A stretch of DNA of 64,000 bases from Minisyncoccia bacterium (GCA_050011835.1 JBEKII010000002.1:8086-72085), one strand, 5' to 3'. Counted from the stretch's first letter, positions 1 through 9,735 are shown. Translations and numbers: made by a program. Notes: generated by a model from the letters alone, not told the origin.

Positions 1-1077
1 GAGGAAATCAAGGCGGGCAAATATAGCGGCATACTCACATGGGCACCGGATCGCATTTCTCGCAATGCAGGTGACTTGGGCAGAATCGTAGACCTGATGG
101 ATCAAGGCCGTCTGCACGATATTCGCACATACGGTCAGCGATTCACAAACAATCCGAATGAGAAGTTCTTGTTGATGATACTGGGGAGTCAGGCAAAATT
201 GGAGAACGACAACAAGCGCATCAACGTGAAGCGTGGATTACGCGCCAGAGTAGAGATGGGACTCTGGCCAGGAATAGCACCGACCGGATACTTGAACGAC
301 AGCCGGAAAGATCACAAATGTGAGATACTCGTCGATCCCATCCGCTCCCCCATCATCAGACAGGTCTTCGAGAAAATCGGCAACGAACGATGGAGCGGTC
401 GCAAGGTACACGCATGGCTCAAGTCGGACATCCGATTCATCTCTCGTTTTGGCAAAAGCATGAACCTGAGTACGCTATACAAAATGCTCAAGAATCCCTT
501 CTATTGCGGCGTCTTCGAATATCCGCGCGGCTCGGGAAATTGGTACACAGGAAAACATGCTCCGTTGATCACACAGGAATTATTTCAAGCGGTGCAGGAG
601 AAAATCGCTGAAGAGAATCGCCCCAAGACACGCTTCAAGGAATGGAACTTCACCAAACTCCTCCTCTGCGGATACTGTGGTTCCGGCATCACGGCGCAGG
701 AAAGAGCCAAAATATTGAGCACGGGCGAGCCCGTCTCCTATATCTATTATTCCTGCTCTCGCGCCAAGGACGTGAATTGCAAGAATCCGTATCTACGCGA
801 GGAGAAAGTGATCGAGCAACTCGCCGGTCTTATTGACCGCGTCTCCCTCGATGAAATCGGCGCGCGCCATCTCATTGAATGCGAGGTATCGCGATACAAC
901 AAGTTGCGGGCGGAAGTGGAAGGGAAAAGTGAAACAATCAAGGCGAAGGAGATGGATATTCGCAAGTACGCAAAGTATCTGCTGAAGAATGGATCGAGAG
1001 AGGAGAAACGCGAGTTGCTGGAACATCTGCGCGACCGCCTGATCTTAAATGACCGTATTATTACACCAGCTGATTAA
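1..1077 (+). CDS. Large serine recombinase (resolvase, recombinase and Zn-ribbon domains), 5' truncated by the window edge
   Basis: Frame is open from base 1 ([22 protein letters not shown], a resolvase DRxSR motif). Also [21 protein letters not shown] and CGYCG...YYSC motifs. Confidence 0.9.
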   Translation, partial: EEIKAGKYSGILTWAPDRISRNAGDLGRIVDLMDQGRLHDIRTYGQRFTNNPNEKFLLMILGSQAKLENDNKRINVKRGLRARVEMGLWPGIAPTGYLNDSRKDHKCEILVDPIRSPIIRQVFEKIGNERWSGRKVHAWLKSDIRFISRFGKSMNLSTLYKMLKNPFYCGVFEYPRGSGNWYTGKHAPLITQELFQAVQEKIAEENRPKTRFKEWNFTKLLLCGYCGSGITAQERAKILSTGEPVSYIYYSCSRAKDVNCKNPYLREEKVIEQLAGLIDRVSLDEIGARHLIECEVSRYNKLRAEVEGKSETIKAKEMDIRKYAKYLLKNGSREEKRELLEHLRDRLILNDRIITPAD

Positions 1078-1111
1078 CACAAAAGAGCGGCACTCGTTGC
1101 GCTTTTTTGTG
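1078..1111 (+). terminator. Hairpin / probable intrinsic terminator after the recombinase
   Basis: CACAAAAGAGCG...CGCTTTTTTGTG inverted repeat. Confidence 0.55.
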
Positions 1112-1181
1112 CAGGAATGGCCCTAGCGGTTGCGAACTGAAATCTAGGCCTCGCGGTCTGAAAACCGCGTGCTGACCGCTG

Positions 1182-1252
1182 TGCGGATAGGGAGAATCGG
1201 ACTCCCGCCTCGTCCTTGGCAAGGACGCGTTCTACCACTAAACCATATCCGC
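1182..1252 (-). tRNA. tRNA-Gly(GCC)
   Basis: Reverse complement folds as a cloverleaf: GCGGATA acceptor, CGTCC-TTGCCAA-GGACG anticodon arm, T-loop TCCGATT, no encoded CCA. Confidence 0.92.
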
Positions 1253-1311
1253 TTATTTCTCAATAATCTCATACACCTTTGCGATAAACAAGAACTTTCC
1301 CCTCCGTAATC

Positions 1312-2115
1312 TTATTCCGGCCGTTTGAAATAGAAATTTCGGGCGAGTATTTTCTTTAGTTTTTTCGCCTTTATTGAATTATTCTCAAGTATAAATCGAA
1401 TCTTGCCGGGTTTCCGGCAAATATTTACGATTTCCGGCAATATGTCCTTTATGCCCCGCCCCGATACATAGAGCTTGTTGATATGCTCGGCCATCCCCTT
1501 GGCAAGCCGTACCGTAATAATGAAAGAACCGAGTATAGTTATGTGGTCGGTTCTTCGAAAAAATCCAATGTTTCTCAGGTCTATTTGCAAATGCTGACCC
1601 TGATACTGCCTTTTAAATTCCACATCCGCAGGAGAATCCCCTCCTATTGTGAAGAATCCGTAGTGTTTTGTGTCAGAGAAATGCCGATAATAGGCATCTT
1701 CGCTTTGCTTTCGAGCCGGCACATATGCCCAAAAATTGTGAGGATTGTAGAAAAAGATTTCGCGAGTCGCAGTTAAGTTTTCCAACGGGAGCATAACTGT
1801 TTTCCAAAATGCGTCCAGATGTTCTACGGAAACGAATGTGTAGACAGCCCGCTCTTTGTTTGAAAGAAGCGGAGCTGGCGTGGAGCTTAACGTTTCTTGA
1901 ACGCGCCTTGCCCACTCCTGGTCAACGATAACTTGCTTCCCCGCTTTTAGAATCACTCCAGCGTCAATGAGTTTATGAACCGCCTTGTATACCGCCCGTA
2001 ACGACCAACTTTCTTCTTTGTTAAGTTCTGCATGAAGAGATTTAATGGTCATTCCCGTATTCGCAAGCGATTTTACGATTCGGTCTTCTAGGTTGTCCTT
2101 ATTGCTATACAGCAT
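1312..2115 (-). CDS. Hypothetical protein with a probable N-terminal winged-HTH
   Basis: 267-aa ORF. N-terminus (TIKSLHAEL...SLRAVYKAVHKLIDAGVI) has a wHTH pattern. TGATATTTT-N6-ATG upstream. Confidence 0.7.
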   Translation of the reverse strand: MLYSNKDNLEDRIVKSLANTGMTIKSLHAELNKEESWSLRAVYKAVHKLIDAGVILKAGKQVIVDQEWARRVQETLSSTPAPLLSNKERAVYTFVSVEHLDAFWKTVMLPLENLTATREIFFYNPHNFWAYVPARKQSEDAYYRHFSDTKHYGFFTIGGDSPADVEFKRQYQGQHLQIDLRNIGFFRRTDHITILGSFIITVRLAKGMAEHINKLYVSGRGIKDILPEIVNICRKPGKIRFILENNSIKAKKLKKILARNFYFKRPE

Positions 2116-2241
2116 GCTTTTAAAATATCATTTTTGAATAAAAAGTACAAATTTGTGATAAAAATGCTACGTTTTTTGCATCTATTTAGCTATTTTTAAT
2201 ATATTGCTCCTGGAATAAAATAAAAGAATAGGGAGGTTGCT

Positions 2242-2448
2242 ATGCCACCAAGTGGTTGGGACGAGAAGACCAAGTGGTTTTTACTTGGTTTCGTGCGGGG
2301 TAACTATAAAAATTTGTTGGACACCGTTCGCTCCGGTAAATTCAAAACTTACGAAGAGGCGATTGAATACGAAATCGCGCAAACCGGAAAGGCGATGGAC
2401 AGCATGCATATCAATAAGAAAGGGCGACTTGTCAACCGTAGGCACTAA
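2242..2448 (+). CDS. Small hypothetical protein
   Basis: 68 aa, GGAGG just before the ATG, followed by a GC hairpin and T-tract. Confidence 0.65.
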   Translation: MPPSGWDEKTKWFLLGFVRGNYKNLLDTVRSGKFKTYEEAIEYEIAQTGKAMDSMHINKKGRLVNRRH

Positions 2449-2458
2449 CATACCCTTT

Positions 2459-2487
2459 GGGGCGGCCAAATTGCCGCCCCCCTTTTT
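2459..2487 (+). terminator. Intrinsic terminator between convergent small ORF and tRNA
   Basis: GGGGCGGC-CAAATT-GCCGCCCC followed by CCTTTTT. Confidence 0.65.
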
Positions 2488-2489
2488 AG

Positions 2490-2561
2490 TGCCCCGACCA
2501 GGATTTGAACCCAGAATTCGACGTCCGAAGCGTCGCGTGATATCCATTTCACCATCGGGGC
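2490..2561 (-). tRNA. tRNA-Arg(TCG)
   Basis: Reverse complement: GCCCCGA acceptor, CGACG-CTTCGGA-CGTCG anticodon arm, GGTTCAAATCC T-arm, no encoded CCA. Confidence 0.92.
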
Positions 2562-2620
2562 GTGCCTTTATTCTACGTTAAGAATGACAAAAAACCAGCT
2601 GTGTGTGGTACGATTTGCCG

Positions 2621-4084
2621 ATGGAGTATCGGATTCCAAAAGAGGTTTCCACGGTTTCTGAAGGATTGCGAAAAGCCGGTTTCGAGGCTTATCTTGTCGG
2701 AGGATGTGTTCGCGATCTTCTTGTCGGGAAAGAACCGAAGGATTGGGACATAACCACCAACGCGACACCTGATCAAATCCAGGCCGTATTTCCTGACTCT
2801 TTTTACGAAAACGATTACGGCACCGTTGGCGTAAAGACGGGCAGTACCGATGAACGGCTTGCCATCATAGAAGTGACTCCTTATCGTATTGAATCGATAT
2901 ATTCCGATAAGCGCCGGCCGGATAAGGTAAAATTCGGCACTTCCCTTCTGGAGGACCTTGCACGTCGTGACTTCACCATAAACGCCGTTGCTCTGGATGA
3001 TTCTAAAGGACAAATTATTGATCCATATGATGGTCAAAAGGACATAAAGGACAAAATAGTGCGCGCCGTTGGTAATGCGCGGGAACGCTTTGATGAAGAT
3101 GCTTTGCGTATGTTGCGCGCCGTTCGTCTAGTTGCAGAACTTGGCTTCGGCATAGACGGCGATACCGCTACTGCGATAAACGAAAATAGCAAGCATTTAA
3201 AACACATTTCATGTGAAAGGATTAGGGATGAATTCGTGAGAATACTAAATTCAAGCCAGCCGATGAATGCGCTTGTCTTGGCGCAACGACTCGGTATTTT
3301 GAAATTCATTACTCCAGAACTCGTTTACTCTGTTGGCGTTGAACAAAATCAAGCCCATAGTTACGACGTTTTTGAGCACATTGTACGCAGCGTACAACAC
3401 GCTGCCGATAAAAATTTTAACCTAGAAGTACGCCTAGCTTGTTTATTTCATGACATATCAAAAACAGAAACACGTCGCCGTTCAGATAAAAAAGATGACT
3501 GGAGCTTCCACGGGCATGAGGTGGTTGGTTCACGTGTAACAGGGAAAATTCTTGAAAATTTGCGCTTTCCACGCGAAACGATAGATAAAGTCGTAAAGCT
3601 TGTTCGTTGGCATATGTTCTTTTCGGATCCGGAGCAGATTACCCTCTCCGCCGTGCGTCGAATGATAAAGAACGTCGGCGAAGAGAACATCTGGGATTTG
3701 CTCAATCTTCGTATCTGTGACCGTATCGGGACCGGCAGGCCTAAGGAACAGCCATTTCGATTTCGTAAGTATAAGGCAATGGTTGAACAGGCACTTCGCG
3801 ACCCAATTTCCGTTTCTATGCTTAAAACAAACGGCGACCATATTATAGAGAAGTTCCATGAGAAACCAGGACCGAGGATCGGTCTCGTTTTGAACGCTCT
3901 TCTTGAAGAAGTTCTTGATGAGTCGGATTTAAATACCGCTGAATATCTTGACAAAAGAACTGACGAGCTTCTTAAAATGCCTGAAAATGAGCTACAAAAG
4001 TTAGGAGAAGCTGGGAAACTACGTCGTGAGGCCGCAGAAGATGAGGAAGTAAAGCATATAATGGAGAAGCATCACGTAAATTAG
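2621..4084 (+). CDS. cca: CCA tRNA nucleotidyltransferase with HD domain
   Basis: VGGCVRD, DWDITT, RRDFTINA, EDALRMLRAVR, ERIRDE and LFHDISK motifs. Confidence 0.93.
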   Translation: MEYRIPKEVSTVSEGLRKAGFEAYLVGGCVRDLLVGKEPKDWDITTNATPDQIQAVFPDSFYENDYGTVGVKTGSTDERLAIIEVTPYRIESIYSDKRRPDKVKFGTSLLEDLARRDFTINAVALDDSKGQIIDPYDGQKDIKDKIVRAVGNARERFDEDALRMLRAVRLVAELGFGIDGDTATAINENSKHLKHISCERIRDEFVRILNSSQPMNALVLAQRLGILKFITPELVYSVGVEQNQAHSYDVFEHIVRSVQHAADKNFNLEVRLACLFHDISKTETRRRSDKKDDWSFHGHEVVGSRVTGKILENLRFPRETIDKVVKLVRWHMFFSDPEQITLSAVRRMIKNVGEENIWDLLNLRICDRIGTGRPKEQPFRFRKYKAMVEQALRDPISVSMLKTNGDHIIEKFHEKPGPRIGLVLNALLEEVLDESDLNTAEYLDKRTDELLKMPENELQKLGEAGKLRREAAEDEEVKHIMEKHHVN

Positions 4085-4451
4085 TTATATGTGAAATTGT
4101 CTCACGCGAAACAAAAAACCACCCAAGTGATGGCCAGAAGTAAAAATAAGGAGTGAGGCGTAAATGAAATGGTGCTTCCAGCCCGAGAAAATTGGGCGGT
4201 TCTTGTTTTTTGGTGCTTTCGCTTGTTCTCGTGCCCAATAGCTTAATGCGAATCGTCGCAGGCGCAGGCAGAAACTCTTGCGATAGCGCTCTGATGCTTG
4301 GAAAGATCAAGAAAGAACAACCGCCGGAAGCAATTCCTCATCATCGAAGTAGCGAATCACCTCCTCTAAGGCGAAGCTTAGCCCGATAAAGGACATTGTA
4401 AAGGATACCCTGTGGACAACTTGTCCCGAGTAAGTCGAAGGGTAATGTCCT

Positions 4452-5216
4452 TTATAGAGTTATACTGATAGGGCAGTGGTCGGAGCCGTAGATGTCTGAA
4501 TGGATTTCAGCTTTCTTGATGTGCTTCATAAATTCCTGTGCGATAAAAAAATAATCGATGCGCCAACCGTCATTTCGGTCGCGCGCGTGAGTAAATAAAT
4601 CCCAGTAGGAATAAGCATCTTTCGTATGAGAATGAAAATGGCGGAAGGAGTCAACGTAACCGGCGCTCACGACTTCATCAATCCATGCACGTTCTTGCGG
4701 CAAAAAGCCAGTATTTTCCTCATTTTCTTTCGGCCGCGCGAGGTCCATCTCTTCATGAGCGGTGTTCACATCGCCGCAAAAAATAATTGGTTTCTGTTTC
4801 CGTAATTTCTCTGCGAAGGCGAGAAAAGCATCATAGAAACGCATTTTATAATCCAGTCGTTCAGGACCTTGGCCGCCATTGGGAAAGTAGGCATTCAAGA
4901 GCCAAAAATCTTCATATTCTGCTCCGATGAAGCGTCCTTCTTGGTCAAACTCCTTTTCTCCCATACCGTAAATAACCGACAACGGCTCAATCTTTGAGTA
5001 AATGGCAACGCCACTGTAACCCTTTTTCACTTGCGAGGATGAAAAAAAAGAAGAAAAGCCGGCAACATCGCGCAACTCATCTGGCACTTGTTCTGGGCTC
5101 GCCTTGGTTTCTTGCAGACAGAAAATATCGGGTTTCGTACCTCTCAAAAATGATTCCCAATAGCCATTTTTTGCGAGCGACCGCAATCCGTTCACATTCC
5201 ACGAGACAATTTTCAT
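4452..5216 (-). CDS. xth: Exodeoxyribonuclease III
   Basis: SWNVNGLR, LQETK, GDVNTAH, WRIDY and SDHCP motifs. Confidence 0.96.
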   Translation of the reverse strand: MKIVSWNVNGLRSLAKNGYWESFLRGTKPDIFCLQETKASPEQVPDELRDVAGFSSFFSSSQVKKGYSGVAIYSKIEPLSVIYGMGEKEFDQEGRFIGAEYEDFWLLNAYFPNGGQGPERLDYKMRFYDAFLAFAEKLRKQKPIIFCGDVNTAHEEMDLARPKENEENTGFLPQERAWIDEVVSAGYVDSFRHFHSHTKDAYSYWDLFTHARDRNDGWRIDYFFIAQEFMKHIKKAEIHSDIYGSDHCPISITL

Positions 5217-5264
5217 ACAGTCATTGTACATCTCATTTATGGTATACGTATAATAATTTTAAAT

Positions 5265-5927
5265 ATGAAACCGATCGTTTGTATATTTGCTCATCCGGAC
5301 GATGAGGCGTTTGGACCTGGGGGAACTATCGCAAAACTCGCACGTACTCGCGAGGTCTACATTATCTGCGCAACGAAAGGGGAGACGGGCGGACATCGAG
5401 GGAAGGGAGAAGAAAAAAGTATGGGAAGGATACGAGCCAAGGAATTGCGCCGGTCGGCCAAGACTCTCGGAGTGAAGAGAGTATTTTTCTTAGGATTCTT
5501 AGATGGAACGCTTTGCAATAATCTGTATCACCACATTGCTCGGAAAGCGGGAAATATTCTTAAAAAATTAAAGCCGGATACCATCCTTTCTTATGAACCG
5601 CGCGGTGTTTCGGGCCACACTGACCACGTAACAATAGCGATGGTTTCCAGTTATTTGTTTGGGCGGTTGCCATTCATTAAAAAGCACATGCAATTTTGTG
5701 TGCGCGATACTCCCGAACGGAGAAAAGAAAAATACTTTATTTACCGGCCGCCGGGCTATAAAAAATCGGAGATAGATTTCGTATCCGATGTACGGGACGT
5801 TTGGGATACGAAAGTGCAAGCAATAGCACAGCACACATCGCAGGTTTATGACATTAAAAGGATTTTGAAGAGGTATAAAAAATTTCCCAAGGTGGAAAAC
5901 TTCTTGGTGCGGATGAAGAAGAACTAA
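5265..5927 (+). CDS. PIG-L family deacetylase
   Basis: AHPDDE, TKGE, RAKELRRSAKTLGV and GHTDH motifs. Confidence 0.92.
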   Translation: MKPIVCIFAHPDDEAFGPGGTIAKLARTREVYIICATKGETGGHRGKGEEKSMGRIRAKELRRSAKTLGVKRVFFLGFLDGTLCNNLYHHIARKAGNILKKLKPDTILSYEPRGVSGHTDHVTIAMVSSYLFGRLPFIKKHMQFCVRDTPERRKEKYFIYRPPGYKKSEIDFVSDVRDVWDTKVQAIAQHTSQVYDIKRILKRYKKFPKVENFLVRMKKN

Positions 5928-6823
5928 TTACGACTTCTGTCGTGATACTTTTTGTGTACTTCGCGTAGATGCGCGTCAGTGATATGCGTATAAATTTGAG
6001 TTGTGTTGATGGAGGCGTGGCCGAGGAGCTGTTGGACAGAGCGAATGTCGGCGCCATTGTTAAGAAGATCGGTGGCGAAGACGTGCCGCAAGACATGCGG
6101 TGTCATTTTTTTCGTAATGCCGGCTTTGATAGCGCACTTTTTAATAATCCGTTCAACGGAACGGGGCGTGAGACGCGAAGGAATTTCTTTGCCAGCTCTC
6201 ACGTTGACGAAGAGCGCATCGGCCATATCTTTCCGCGCCTTGAGATATGCCGCAACGGCACTTTTGGCGGCGCTTGAGAGGAAGACCACGCGCACCTTCT
6301 CGCCCTTGCCGCGCACGGAGAAAGAGTCTTGCGAGAGGTCAAGGTCATTATTGAGCGAGCAGAGCTCGGAAACGCGAAGTCCGGTGGAGAAGAAGAGCTC
6401 AAGAATCGCCCGGTCGCGTATGTCTTTTTCTTCAGTTCCATCGGCAGCTTGCATAAGGCGTCCAAGTTCGGCGGGGGTGATGAGGTCCAATTCACGCTCC
6501 GGCAGTTTCGCGAGTTCAATGCGTTCGGGCGATACACATTCAATCTCACGCTTTCGCAGGAATTTAAGGAATGCGCGAAGCGCGATCATATAGTAATTCT
6601 GGGTGCGGCGCTTCATTGAAGCATTATTCGTGCCGGGTTGGCGGTTCAGCCACAGGCGAAACTCACGGATATTCAGTTCGTTGATGTCGCTGACCCTTTT
6701 TATGCCCATCTGTACGAAGTAACGTGTGAGATATTGATTATAATTTTCAACCGTCTTCACCGCGCGCCCGCGCTCAATCTCAATATATTCAAGGAATTGC
6801 CGCTTCGCCGTCTCTGCTTCCAT
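5924..6823 (-). CDS. Tyrosine recombinase, XerC/XerD family
   Basis: RDRAILELFFSTGLRVSEL, GKGEKVR, PHVLRHVFAT and LLGHASINTTQIYTH motifs. Confidence 0.93.
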   Translation of the reverse strand: MEAETAKRQFLEYIEIERGRAVKTVENYNQYLTRYFVQMGIKRVSDINELNIREFRLWLNRQPGTNNASMKRRTQNYYMIALRAFLKFLRKREIECVSPERIELAKLPERELDLITPAELGRLMQAADGTEEKDIRDRAILELFFSTGLRVSELCSLNNDLDLSQDSFSVRGKGEKVRVVFLSSAAKSAVAAYLKARKDMADALFVNVRAGKEIPSRLTPRSVERIIKKCAIKAGITKKMTPHVLRHVFATDLLNNGADIRSVQQLLGHASINTTQIYTHITDAHLREVHKKYHDRSRN

Positions 6824-6896
6824 CGCTTCATTTTAGCATCAATATTGTGCGACACTGTTGCATAATTATGCCAAGCGTGGTAAGGTAGCGATATCC

Positions 6897-7163
6897 ATGC
6901 TTACCACTAGGAAAAAGGCAGCGGTTATAAAAAAAACCGCCCGGCACGACACGGACACCGGTTCGCCGGATGTTCAGGTTGCGCTTCTTTCCAAGCAGAT
7001 TGACGAGCTTGCCAGGCACCTTAAGAAAAACCCGAAGGATTTTCATTCCCGCCGCGGACTTCTCCAGATGGTTGCCAATCGCCGTTCGCATTTGCATTAT
7101 CTTGAAACTTCAGACAAGCGTCGCTACAACACGCTTATCAAAAAACTTGGCTTGAAAAAATAG
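6897..7163 (+). CDS. rpsO: 30S ribosomal protein S15
   Basis: DTGSPDVQVALL and KDFHSRRGLL motifs. Confidence 0.97.
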   Translation: MLTTRKKAAVIKKTARHDTDTGSPDVQVALLSKQIDELARHLKKNPKDFHSRRGLLQMVANRRSHLHYLETSDKRRYNTLIKKLGLKK

Positions 7164-7237
7164 TTTTTCTAAGTGGTAGTATGGAGAAGTAGCTTTCGCT
7201 ACATTTTATTATCTTGTTTACATAAGTATTTATTTTT

Positions 7238-7753
7238 ATGGCAGTTATCAAACATCCGGCGCAACGCGTGGGGGTTTTTATTGACACTCAAAATCTCTAT
7301 CACAGCGCCAAGCATCTATATAAAGCACGCGTGAACTTCGGTAAAGTTCTTGAAGAAGCCGTGGGCGGCCGTATTCTCGTGCGCGCTATCGCCTATGTCA
7401 TCTCAACGGAGACCGGCGAAGAGAAAAATTTCTTTGAGGCGCTCACGAAGATGGGTATTGAAACGAAGGTAAAGGATTTACAGGTCTTCGCTGACGGCGT
7501 GAAGAAAGCCGACTGGGACGTTGGTTTGGCGATTGATGCGGTGAAACTTGCTCCCAAACTGGACACCGTCATCCTCGCCACCGGCGACGGCGATTTCGTG
7601 CCGCTTATTCAATATCTTGATATGAACGAGGGATGCCAAGTGGAAATCATTTCGTTCGGGAAATCCTCGTCAAGCAAACTCAAGGAGGCAGCGCATGCAT
7701 TTACCGATATGTGCGATGACCCGCACAAGTTTACTATTTCTTCGCGCGGATAA
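7238..7753 (+). CDS. NYN domain (LabA/DUF88) PIN-like nuclease
   Basis: FIDTQNLY, KADWDVG and GDGDFVPL motifs. Confidence 0.9.
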   Translation: MAVIKHPAQRVGVFIDTQNLYHSAKHLYKARVNFGKVLEEAVGGRILVRAIAYVISTETGEEKNFFEALTKMGIETKVKDLQVFADGVKKADWDVGLAIDAVKLAPKLDTVILATGDGDFVPLIQYLDMNEGCQVEIISFGKSSSSKLKEAAHAFTDMCDDPHKFTISSRG

Positions 7754-7794
7754 CACATTTTATATCGCGCGAGATGCGCTACTATAGATGGTGA

Positions 7795-9039
7795 ATGGAT
7801 ACGAATGTAACAACGCCACAATCTGCGGCGCCTGCCGCTCCTCCTTTGCCAGAGGCTATGGAAGAACGCGGTGAACAGCCGAAAAGATATATTCGCACGT
7901 TCGCGGGCGATATGGCGATTTTGAAAAGCGGCGGCGTTCCCGATCTTGTCCCGCTCAAGGAATCGAAACCCTCGCCTATCGAGCGGCTCGTTGCGCCCTC
8001 ACCGATAGCATCTCCGATGACGAGCGAGCCAATCCCAGTTCCGGAGCCAGTGCCATCGCCTGTTCTACAACCGATTCAGCCCCCCGAGCCGATCGCTGTG
8101 TCGCCGATTGAAACGTACGCAAGCGATTTCTCCGAAAAAATGAAGAAGGAGGATGCGTCAACGGCAACGGTGCTCGCCGCCGAACAAGATGCGACATCGC
8201 AAAGGAGTCAACCGAAGCAAAGTTCTTCACGCGGCAACCTTCTATATGTTTTAGCCGGTTTGATACTTCTTATTGCAGGCGGCTGTGGCGCGTACATCGC
8301 TTATCTGCGCTACTCAACTTCGCTCGCGCCAGTCACACTCACTCCAACCGTTTCTGCGCCGATTTTTGTTGACGAACGCGAACAGATTTCCGGCACAGGC
8401 GTTGTTTTATTTCAGGCAATTGAACAGTCAATAAGCCGTCCACTCGCTTCCGGAGCGGTACGACTCCTCTACACCGAAGGCGCAACGACCACGGACAACA
8501 GCATCTTTTCTGCGCTCCAAACATCAGCGCCTGGCATTCTTCTCCGTAATGTAAACGCCGAAGGCAGTATGGCGGGGATTATAAATGTTGGCGGCACTCA
8601 AAGCCCGTTTTTCATACTTTCCGTCGCTTCGTATAGCGATACTTTTTCCGGCATGCTCTCGTGGGAGCCGCTAATGCCAAATGATCTCGCGGCGCTTTTC
8701 CCACCGTATCCGACGCCGATTTCAAATGTTTCAATAGCGACTTCAACTTCCGCGACTATGACAACAAAAACCGTAACAAAAACTATTAAAAAGACCACGA
8801 CGAGGACCGTGGCGAAAATCGCGACCACTACCGTGGCGATACCACCTGCTCCTGTGTTTATTGCCGGCTTTTATGATGAAGTCGTCAATAATCATGATGT
8901 GCGCGTTTATCGCGATGCCGAGAACCGAAGCGTTCTTCTTTACGGCTACTGGAATCAGACAACGCTTATTATCGCGCGCGACTCGGTAGCGTTTGCTGAA
9001 ATACTACAGCGGCTTGCAACCTCGCATACGCAGCAATAA
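7795..9039 (+). CDS. Hypothetical single-pass membrane protein (Pro-rich N-terminus, Thr-rich linker)
   Basis: 414-aa ORF with one hydrophobic segment (LLYVLAGLILLIAGG). Confidence 0.75.
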   Translation: MDTNVTTPQSAAPAAPPLPEAMEERGEQPKRYIRTFAGDMAILKSGGVPDLVPLKESKPSPIERLVAPSPIASPMTSEPIPVPEPVPSPVLQPIQPPEPIAVSPIETYASDFSEKMKKEDASTATVLAAEQDATSQRSQPKQSSSRGNLLYVLAGLILLIAGGCGAYIAYLRYSTSLAPVTLTPTVSAPIFVDEREQISGTGVVLFQAIEQSISRPLASGAVRLLYTEGATTTDNSIFSALQTSAPGILLRNVNAEGSMAGIINVGGTQSPFFILSVASYSDTFSGMLSWEPLMPNDLAALFPPYPTPISNVSIATSTSATMTTKTVTKTIKKTTTRTVAKIATTTVAIPPAPVFIAGFYDEVVNNHDVRVYRDAENRSVLLYGYWNQTTLIIARDSVAFAEILQRLATSHTQQ

Positions 9040-9084
9040 TCGCCCGGCAGGTGATTCTTCTGAATCATCTGCTATCATCTCTGA

Positions 9085-9432
9085 ATGAAAATTGAACATT
9101 TTAGGAAAAAACTGGAAGAAGCGAAAATGAAGTTGGAATCCGAAATGGGAAATATCGGCCGCCGGAATCCAATGGTCCCGGATGACTGGGAGCCTGTACC
9201 TCTGGAGACAAGTGCGGAATCGGATCCTGTTGACCAGGCAGATGTCATCATGAATCAGGAAAATGACGCGGCAATTCTCGCCGACCTTGAAGCGCGATAT
9301 GACGGCATTCTCGCCGCACTTCTAAGGATTGAGAAGAAAACATATGGGAAATGCGAAGTGTGCGGCGAGATTATCGGAGAGACGCGCCTTGAAGCCGATC
9401 CCGCCGCGACAACGTGCGTTAAGCATTTGTAA
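9085..9432 (+). CDS. TraR/DksA C4-type zinc finger protein
   Basis: AESDPVDQAD coiled-coil tip and TYGKCEVCGEII...RLEADPAATTCVKH. Confidence 0.9.
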   Translation: MKIEHFRKKLEEAKMKLESEMGNIGRRNPMVPDDWEPVPLETSAESDPVDQADVIMNQENDAAILADLEARYDGILAALLRIEKKTYGKCEVCGEIIGETRLEADPAATTCVKHL

Positions 9433-9480
9433 TGTCAACTTTCGCGACGCTGCAAGGGAAAACGCAATTAGAACTGCGAT

Positions 9481-9735
9481 TCCAAAGCACGGATACGCAA
9501 AGACGCTTGTCGCGCAACCAGCCGGCAACTTGATGAAAAGAACGATTTCAACGCTGCCACGAAAGGAACGCTTACGAATGCCGCCGCACGTTTAAATCTC
9601 TCGTCGCACAGCTACCATCGCACGATGCGCGTCGCGCGCATCATCGCCGACCTCGCCGACGCCGATTCCGTCACGTCGGCTTTTATTCACAAAGCGCTCC
9701 AGTATCGTCCGCGCGGATTATTTGGGTTTGAGTAA
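9481..9735 (+). pseudogene. comM: C-terminal remnant of ComM/YifB (Mg-chelatase-like ATPase)
   Basis: Unlisted frame reads ...[51 protein letters not shown]. An upstream in-frame TAG, no plausible start and no ATPase domain. Confidence 0.85.

Noticed and set aside
4355-4368. AATCACCTCCT resembling the 16S rRNA 3' end, or a tmRNA
   Set aside because: No surrounding rRNA sequence or tRNA-like ends; better read as an SD on the opposite strand.
5924-6823. Tyrosine recombinase as a prophage integrase
   Set aside because: Size and motifs fit housekeeping Xer, and the flanks are core genes.
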